58,446 nucleotides of DNA from an uncultured Planctomycetales bacterium (lineage in GTDB: Bacteria; Omnitrophota; Gorgyraeia; Gygaellales; Profunditerraquicolaceae), in the NCBI GenBank assembly GCA_964487475.1, contig CAZAPM010000013.1, forward strand, positions 1-58,446, in the 5' to 3' direction. This document shows, piece by piece, positions 51,983-58,446 of this stretch (positions are counted from its first letter, which is position 1; each line of letters opens with the position of its first letter). Under the pieces are notes generated by a model. The model was not told the DNA's origin. It saw only the letters and a program-made list of their open reading frames with translations, and made no database searches. Made by a program: the position numbers and the translations under genes.

Positions 51983-52967
51983 GTCCTGTCTTCCGTTGGT
52001 TTCCGTGGTGATCCCCGTCAAGAACGAAGGCCGGGTGCTGCGCCGCTGCCTGGAATCCCTGTCGCGTCAAAGCTATCCCCGGGACAGGATCGAGATCATC
52101 GTCGCGGACGCACTCTCTGCGGATGACACCGCGGCCGTGGCCAAGGAGTTCGGCGCCAGGGTAGTGAGCAATCCCGCGCAGATCGTATCTTCAGGCCGTA
52201 ATGCCGGGTATGCGTTATCCCGCGGCCGGATCGTGGCTTTTACCGACGCGGATTGCGTGGCGGCCCCGGAGTGGGTCTCCCGCGCCGCGGCTCATTTCGA
52301 CGACCCGCAGGTCGGGGGAGTGGGAGGGATGAGCCTGCTTCCTCCGGATGCCACCGTATTCGAGTCGGCGGTCAACGCTCTCTTCGAGGCATCGGAGTGC
52401 GTGGGCCGCACCTGCCACCGTCAGCATACCCGCCAGTCATCCCGGGTGCGCGATATCCCCGGATGCAACGCCTTTTACCTGCGCAGCGCCCTGGATAAAG
52501 TGATGCCTGTGGACGAAGGGCTGCTGACCGCAGAGGATGTGTGGATGAACCGCATGCTGGCCAAGGAGGGGTATGTCCTGCTGCATGCGCCGGATGTGGT
52601 GCTGTGGCATTACCGCCGCAGCAGCCCGAAAAAACTCCTGCGGCAGGCGTACCGTTTCGCCGTCGGAAGGCTGCAGGTGGGAAAACGCGACGTCTCCCTT
52701 TTGAGCCTGATGCACGTTGTCGCAGGGTGGTTCCTGCCGGCAGCGGCATCCGCGGTGTGGCTGATGTCGTTATCCGGATGGGGGATGCCTGCGTTGATGG
52801 CCGCGGCAGGGTGCGCGGCCGTGTGTGCGCTGCTTCGGCTGGCGCCGTGGCGGCCGCTGGCCGTGGCGGCAACCGTGCCTTTTGTGACCCTGATCTTCCT
52901 TTCGGGATGGTCCTGGGGATTCCTGAGGGAGTGGTTCGTCCCTTACCGCGACGTGCGGGGGAGATGA
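51975..52967 (+). CDS. GT2 glycosyltransferase
   Basis: VVIPVKNE, GRNAG, FTDADC, AEDV, C-terminal TMs. Confidence 0.88.
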   Translation: MGESCLPLVSVVIPVKNEGRVLRRCLESLSRQSYPRDRIEIIVADALSADDTAAVAKEFGARVVSNPAQIVSSGRNAGYALSRGRIVAFTDADCVAAPEWVSRAAAHFDDPQVGGVGGMSLLPPDATVFESAVNALFEASECVGRTCHRQHTRQSSRVRDIPGCNAFYLRSALDKVMPVDEGLLTAEDVWMNRMLAKEGYVLLHAPDVVLWHYRRSSPKKLLRQAYRFAVGRLQVGKRDVSLLSLMHVVAGWFLPAAASAVWLMSLSGWGMPALMAAAGCAAVCALLRLAPWRPLAVAATVPFVTLIFLSGWSWGFLREWFVPYRDVRGR

Positions 52968-52969
52968 CG

Positions 52970-54424
52970 ATGAAGGTGACTTTTGTGATCCCTCCGGTGC
53001 TTGACGGCACCAAAGATGTCGACCGGTGTTTCGGGTGCAACTACAGTATCTACTTCCTGCCGCTGCTTCCGGTGCTCTACGCGGCGACCGTGCTCAAGCC
53101 GCAGGTGCGCGAGGTGGCGGTCATGGATTTTGCCGCCCGGAAGAAGAGCGCGGGGGAGTTCAGGGAGTTCATCCTGCGCGACGACTCCGAGGTGTACGTG
53201 TTCTATTCGGTGTTCCTTTCCCAGAACACCGACCTGGAGGCGCAGCGCCTGATCCGCACCGCGCATCCGCAGGCATACTGTATCTTTTGCGGTCCGCAGG
53301 CGACGTTCGCGCCCGAGGCGTTCCTGGCGCAGGGCCGTTCCTTTGCCGTCAGGGGCGAGCCGGATTTTCTGGTGCGCGACCTCGTGCGCTGCCTGAAGGA
53401 AGGGGGCGATCTTTCTTCCCTGCGGGGGATCTCGTACGCGGGCGGGGACGGGGTTGCCGTGCACCTTCCCGCGGCTCCCGTGATCGAGCGGCTGGATGAT
53501 CTTCCCGTGCCGGACCGGACGCTGCTGGACCACTCGCCGTATTATAATCCCAAGTTACGCCATATGCCGCATACGGCGGCGCTCACTTCCCGCGGATGCT
53601 TCGGCCAGTGCTGGTATTGCGTGCCGAATTCTCTTTCCTACGCCCGGGAGCTGGAGCATAAGCGGTCGCAGGGGTGCAAGCCGCCGGTGCGCATCCACTC
53701 CGCCGCGCGGATGATCGAAGAGTTCCGGGAGATCGCACGCCAGGGGTTCCGTTCCGTCTCGATCATCGACGACCAGTTCCTCTGGGACGAGGAGCGTACC
53801 CTCGCGTTCTGCGAAGGGATACGCGGCCTGGGGCTGGAGTGGTCGTGTCTGGCCCGGCCGGAGCGGGTGACGGAGCGCGCGGCCTTGGCGATGAAGGCGG
53901 CCGGGTGCGCCTACGTCGATATGGGGACCGAATCCTTCGACCCGAAGATCCTCGCCGCCATAAAGAAGGATATTTCCCCCGATGATACCCGCCGGGCCGT
54001 AAGTATCCTGAAGAAAGCCGGGATCGAGGCGGAGATAAACGTGCTGCTGGGAGCCACCGACCTCGAGACCGAGGATTCGATCAAAGCCACCATCCGCGAG
54101 GTGAAGAAACTGAATGCGGAGTACGTGCTTTTCAGTATCGCCAATCCTTTTCCCGGGACGGAGTTCTATTCCGCCTGCAAGTCCCGGGGATGGCTGGCGT
54201 CCGGTGAGTACACCCCCGTCGATCCGGCCAAGAGCGCCATCATTTCCTATCCTCACCTTTCCAAGGCGAAGCTGGAGAAGCTCTGCGCGTATGCGTACAC
54301 TTCCTATTATTTCAGCCCGCGGTACCTTTGGCAGCAGCTGAAAAAGGTCAAAAGCCCGCGGGACCTCTTTAACAAAGCCGGAACGGCGGCGAGATTCTTC
54401 GCCAAACTCTTCTTTTCCCGGTAG
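52970..54424 (+). CDS. B12-binding-type radical SAM protein
   Basis: RGEPD, LDDLPVPDR, TSRGCFGQCWYC (CxxxCxxC), PFPGT. Confidence 0.9.
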   Translation: MKVTFVIPPVLDGTKDVDRCFGCNYSIYFLPLLPVLYAATVLKPQVREVAVMDFAARKKSAGEFREFILRDDSEVYVFYSVFLSQNTDLEAQRLIRTAHPQAYCIFCGPQATFAPEAFLAQGRSFAVRGEPDFLVRDLVRCLKEGGDLSSLRGISYAGGDGVAVHLPAAPVIERLDDLPVPDRTLLDHSPYYNPKLRHMPHTAALTSRGCFGQCWYCVPNSLSYARELEHKRSQGCKPPVRIHSAARMIEEFREIARQGFRSVSIIDDQFLWDEERTLAFCEGIRGLGLEWSCLARPERVTERAALAMKAAGCAYVDMGTESFDPKILAAIKKDISPDDTRRAVSILKKAGIEAEINVLLGATDLETEDSIKATIREVKKLNAEYVLFSIANPFPGTEFYSACKSRGWLASGEYTPVDPAKSAIISYPHLSKAKLEKLCAYAYTSYYFSPRYLWQQLKKVKSPRDLFNKAGTAARFFAKLFFSR

Positions 54425-54426
54425 CC

Positions 54427-56004
54427 ATGGCCCATTCCGTACACACTTCGCTGCGGCAGCGTTTCTTGCTGGTGGGGGGAAGTATCCTTCTTACCTTCGT
54501 GCTGCTGGAAGCCGTGCTGCGCCTGGCCGGCGCGGTATGGCTGGGGCAGCAGCAGAGGCGCAACATGGCCGCGTTGCGTCAGGCGGGAACGGTGCGCGTG
54601 CTCTGTGTGGGGGAATCCACCACCGCGCTGGGAGGGGAGCAGTCGTATCCGTCCCAGCTGCAGGAGGTCCTCAACGACCGTTATCCGCAGGTGCGCTGGA
54701 GCGTGATCAATGCCGGGGTGGTGGGGATGGATACTTCCTATATCCTCCTGCAGATGCGGCACCTGCTCGATACGTACCGTCCCCAGGTGGTCGTGTCCAT
54801 GATGGGCATTAACGATACCGGCGATTATCTGGAACTGGCGCCCGCGCGTTTGTTCGGCGTGCGCCGGGTGTTCGAAACGTTGCGAACCTATAAGCTTGGC
54901 GTGTTCATCTTCCGGCATGCGCGGGCGAAATTCTTCCCCGGGAAGGACCGTACCGTTGTTTCGTCCCCGCAGGATGACGGGGATAACGTATTCAGGCAGG
55001 GGCTCGAAGAACTCAAGGTTTTTCTGGACGCCGTGCCGCGGGAGCCCGCGTACCTGGGGGATTATTTCAAGGCCGGGTGGCAGCTTAAGGCCGCGGGTGA
55101 TTTCGCGGCGGCCCGAAAAGCGTTCCTTACGGCGCAGGAGATCGCCTTCAAGGCGCAGGACCAGGAGACGTATTCGATGTTCGGGGATATGGCGGTACTG
55201 GAACTCGCCCGCCTCGCGCACGCGCAGCAGGATACGGACAAGGCCCTGCAGCTCTTGCGGGTCAAGTCCCAGGAGGGGGCGCTGCGGCATGTCGCGTATG
55301 TGGAGATGGGGTGGATCTTCCGCTCCCTCGGCAGGGACAGGGAGGCGCAGGAGGCGTTCCAGAAGGCCGTCGAGCTCAACCCCTCGAGTCCCGAGCCGTA
55401 CATCGAGCTGGGGTGGCTGGCCTGGGGCAGGGGAGAGATCGATCATGCCCGCAAGTTTTTCCTGATCGCCAACCAGCTCGATCCCGGAGAGGTCCGGGCG
55501 GTCATGGGCGTGGCTGCGCTGCTGCGGGATTCTTCCATCGAGTCGGATAAGACGATGCTCCCGAAACTCTTTGAGGCGGATCCTTACAGCGACAAGTTCA
55601 TCGGCGCGGCCCGCGCGCTGGCCAGGGAGCGCCGCGAGTTCCGCGGCCTGGTGTCCCGGTTAAGCCCTCGGGGGATGTACTACCGCCGGGTTACCGTGGA
55701 AAATTACCGGGCGCTGGCCGGGATGCTGGAGCGCCGGGATATCCCTCTGGTGTGCCTGCAGTATCCCATGCGCAGCCTTTCCCCGCTGCAGGCGATTTTC
55801 TCCGGACGGGAGGGGATCACGTTCGTGGATAACGAGGCGAGTTTCCTGGAGGCGGTCTCCCGGGAAGGTTTCAAGGCGTACTTTTCCGACGCGTTTGCCG
55901 GCGATTTCGGCCATTGCACGCCCAAAGGCAACCGCCTGCTGGCGGAGCGCGCCGCCGAAGGCATCGTCGCCGCGTTCTTCCGTCGGTCGCCCGCCCGGAA
56001 ATAA
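54427..56004 (+). CDS. SGNH-like protein with inserted TPR repeats
   Basis: TM, CVGESTT, INAG, MGIND, TPR helices (EAFQKAVELNP), C-terminal DFGHCTPKGN. Confidence 0.8.
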   Translation: MAHSVHTSLRQRFLLVGGSILLTFVLLEAVLRLAGAVWLGQQQRRNMAALRQAGTVRVLCVGESTTALGGEQSYPSQLQEVLNDRYPQVRWSVINAGVVGMDTSYILLQMRHLLDTYRPQVVVSMMGINDTGDYLELAPARLFGVRRVFETLRTYKLGVFIFRHARAKFFPGKDRTVVSSPQDDGDNVFRQGLEELKVFLDAVPREPAYLGDYFKAGWQLKAAGDFAAARKAFLTAQEIAFKAQDQETYSMFGDMAVLELARLAHAQQDTDKALQLLRVKSQEGALRHVAYVEMGWIFRSLGRDREAQEAFQKAVELNPSSPEPYIELGWLAWGRGEIDHARKFFLIANQLDPGEVRAVMGVAALLRDSSIESDKTMLPKLFEADPYSDKFIGAARALARERREFRGLVSRLSPRGMYYRRVTVENYRALAGMLERRDIPLVCLQYPMRSLSPLQAIFSGREGITFVDNEASFLEAVSREGFKAYFSDAFAGDFGHCTPKGNRLLAERAAEGIVAAFFRRSPARK

Positions 56005-56007
56005 TCG

Positions 56008-56074
56008 TTGACAAGATCGAGATATATGATATATACTGGACATACGGTAGTTACAGTAACTCTGGTATATACCA
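56008..56074 (+). promoter_or_regulatory. sigma70 promoter with two downstream palindromes
   Basis: TTGACA-N18-TATACT, AGTTAC-A-GTAACT (56049-61), TGGTATATACCA (56063-74). Confidence 0.6.
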
Positions 56075-56323
56075 ATGGCGCCCACACTCAAAACCAAGAA
56101 TACTAAGTTCATCTCCGCAAAAGAAATAGTCGATACCTTCCATATCACTTATCAGACCGTCAATCATTACACCGATTTCGGTTTGCTCGCGGTGCTCGGC
56201 AAGAAAGGCAACGTCCGTTTCTACGACCGGGCCACTGTGTCCAGGCGCATAAAAGAGATCCAGGCAATGACGGAGGAGGGGTATTCCCTGCGCCTCATCC
56301 GTAAACGGCTTATCGGGATATGA
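56075..56323 (+). CDS. MerR-family HTH protein (DNA-binding domain only)
   Basis: ISAKEI..TFHITYQTVNHYTDFGLL...RFY...EGYSLRLIR. Confidence 0.85.
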   Translation: MAPTLKTKNTKFISAKEIVDTFHITYQTVNHYTDFGLLAVLGKKGNVRFYDRATVSRRIKEIQAMTEEGYSLRLIRKRLIGI

Positions 56324-56351
56324 GGCGACCACCTACTGCCCGGAGCGAACG

Positions 56352-58446
56352 ATGAATAAAGGATACCTAAATAAAAGCACGTATTTCCTGCTGGCGCTGG
56401 TGGGAGCGGGCGTGGCGTTGGGTATCGGCATCAGCCGCTGGTCCAAGCCCGCGTCACTGAAATCCGTGGCCTATGCCCAGGAGAGAAGGGTGCCCGTGCC
56501 TGCGAACCGGGGGCCTTCCTCGTCCGCGGAAGCGCCGGGACCGGTGAGGCTGCAGCAGACCGCCAAAAGCATCAGCAAGATCGGGGAGTACGTCAAGGAC
56601 ATCAACGAGAAGAACGATTTTCTCAAGGAAAAGGTCGCCTTTCTCGGGGAAATGCTTACGGCAAAGGAAAAAGAGGTCACGGCGATCGCCGAAAAGCTGG
56701 AGAAGGAATCCCGGGAGCATGCGGCGCTCAAGGCCAAATTCGATCTGGACCTCAAGCATTACGAAGCGTCCTCGTCCCTGAAGGATTCCGAGATCAAGAG
56801 CCTGCAGATTTCCCGTAAGGAAGCGGAGGAGCGCCTCCGTCAGCTGGATTCCCGCCTCGCGGAGCTGACCGCTTCGCAGAATACCTTAAGCACCCAGCTG
56901 GTATCCGCGCAGCTGGACCGTACCTCGATGGATAAGGAGCTCGCCAAGGTCAAGGAGGAGCTGCAGCAGCAGACGGTCCTTAACTCCGCCCTCAATAAAA
57001 GTATCGTGAAGCTGACCGCGGACCTCGAGGCCAAAGAAAAAGAGCGGTTGATGGTGGTCGACGAGCTGGAGAAATCCAAGGCTTTCCGAAAGCACCTCGA
57101 AGAGGAGTACGCGAAGCTTGCTTCCCTGAAAGGGCAGTATCAGCATCTCAATCAGGGGCTGGAGCAGAGGACCCGCAGCCTGCAGAAGAAGCTTTCCGCG
57201 GTCACCGAAGACAAACAGTCCCTGGAAACCCAGCTTTCCGTGCTGCGGCAGGAGAAGGACTCCCTGGATTCCCAGCTGCGCACCCTCCGGGAGGACTTGC
57301 GGTCGGGGTCATCCCAGAAGGATTCTTTGTCCCAGAGCCTCACGGCGTTGACCAACGACCTGAGGTCGAAGGAGCAGCAGCTTAAGGAGCTCTCCGCCGC
57401 CCTGGTGGAAGTGCGTTCGCAGAAGAGGGAGGTGGAAAGCGGGCTGTCCAAGTCCCTCATGGAGAATTCCGATCTGCAGGACCAGGTGACGCGGCTTAAC
57501 GCGCAGATCAAGGAATTGTCCTTTTCATACGAGGAAGCGAAAAAATCCTATGCCGCGCTTTCCGAGAGATCCTCCAAGTCCGAGATGACCCTGGACCGGG
57601 AGCTCAATGATCAGCAGGAAGAACTGGCGCAGGCGCGCGCGGCCCTGGCGAAGGCTAACCAGGAGAAGGACGCGCTCCTGTCGCAGGTGAGCGAAAAGGA
57701 GCGGCAGATCTCCGATATGGGTGCTACCATCAGCGCGATGCAGTCCCAGATCGAAGCGCTGCAAAAGGAGATGGTCGCGTATAAGCAGCGCCAGGCGGAT
57801 GCGCTTTCCCGGGCGGATCTGAAGCCGCGGGAATCCCGCCGTACGGACCCTCCGGTGAAACCGGGGCGCAGCAAGAATATCGCGCAGTTAGGGTCGGTGC
57901 TCAATAACCTGGAATCCCAGATGTCGGGTTTCCAGAAACGTTTATCCGAATATAAGGACCGTCAGCGGGAATCCGCCAGGAAGGCTGCGGCACTGCAGGG
58001 CCGTCAACGGGAGGCGAATGCGCAGGCATTGCGCCGGGCGCAGCAGGATCCGGTGAGGGAAACGGTGGAGTTCCTTCCCGTTCCCGAGCCCGCGGGCGAG
58101 CCTTCGCGCGCCCCGGAGCCTTTGCGCGTCCCGGAGCCGTCACCGCTTCCCGAAGCCTCGCCGTATCCGGAGGAAGTGACGACGCTGCTTCCGGCGTACG
58201 AACAGTCTTCCGGAACCGCGGTCGAGGATAAAGCGCAGATGGACGATCTCGAGCAGACCATCCGCTCGCTGGAAGAGCAGGCGAAGACGCTGGAGAACGA
58301 CTTGATCGATTATGCCCAGATCGCCGGATCTTCCCCGGACCAGGGGTCAGCGGAGGCCAAGGAAGTCAATGACGCCCTGCGGGCCCTGAAGGAGAAGCTC
58401 AAGGATACGTACTTCGAGCTGGAGATGCTGCGGGCTCAGAAAAAAA
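56352..58446 (+). CDS. large membrane-anchored coiled-coil protein (partial, runs off window end)
   Basis: Manual translation MNKGYLNKSTYFLLALVGAGVALGIG..., long heptad repeats and a PEP-rich linker. No stop seen before the window end, so it is absent from the ORF track. Confidence 0.85.
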   Translation, partial: MNKGYLNKSTYFLLALVGAGVALGIGISRWSKPASLKSVAYAQERRVPVPANRGPSSSAEAPGPVRLQQTAKSISKIGEYVKDINEKNDFLKEKVAFLGEMLTAKEKEVTAIAEKLEKESREHAALKAKFDLDLKHYEASSSLKDSEIKSLQISRKEAEERLRQLDSRLAELTASQNTLSTQLVSAQLDRTSMDKELAKVKEELQQQTVLNSALNKSIVKLTADLEAKEKERLMVVDELEKSKAFRKHLEEEYAKLASLKGQYQHLNQGLEQRTRSLQKKLSAVTEDKQSLETQLSVLRQEKDSLDSQLRTLREDLRSGSSQKDSLSQSLTALTNDLRSKEQQLKELSAALVEVRSQKREVESGLSKSLMENSDLQDQVTRLNAQIKELSFSYEEAKKSYAALSERSSKSEMTLDRELNDQQEELAQARAALAKANQEKDALLSQVSEKERQISDMGATISAMQSQIEALQKEMVAYKQRQADALSRADLKPRESRRTDPPVKPGRSKNIAQLGSVLNNLESQMSGFQKRLSEYKDRQRESARKAAALQGRQREANAQALRRAQQDPVRETVEFLPVPEPAGEPSRAPEPLRVPEPSPLPEASPYPEEVTTLLPAYEQSSGTAVEDKAQMDDLEQTIRSLEEQAKTLENDLIDYAQIAGSSPDQGSAEAKEVNDALRALKEKLKDTYFELEMLRAQKK

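Overview
Bacterial, GC-rich, gene-dense draft scaffold with two 100-N gaps (17386-17485, 34974-35073). Gene content suggests a diderm anaerobe, possibly PVC superphylum/Omnitrophota (inference only). No CRISPR array, rRNA, transposase or integrase is visible. It opens with the 3' half of a tRNA-Asn that is interrupted inside the anticodon. A small accessory patch follows: a PEP-CTERM protein, two damaged genes, and a riboswitch-like leader before a two-CW/DUF6901 pair. The middle holds housekeeping and envelope genes (uup, pirin, yciH, two-component pair, ABC exporter, corA, prmA, metG, truD, gmd/fcl-like, orphan groES, glgP, ydbH with fused ynbE-ydbL, MATE, pgi, AsmA). The standout is a 1038-aa elongation factor G with all catalytic motifs intact, fused behind an N-terminal membrane anchor, ~200-aa coiled coil and 14x Pro-rich repeat linker (40232-43348). 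Downstream lie further membrane-anchored coiled-coil proteins, a kinase/receiver pair and an STT3/AglB-type N-glycosylation locus. All family calls are from motif recognition, not database searches.
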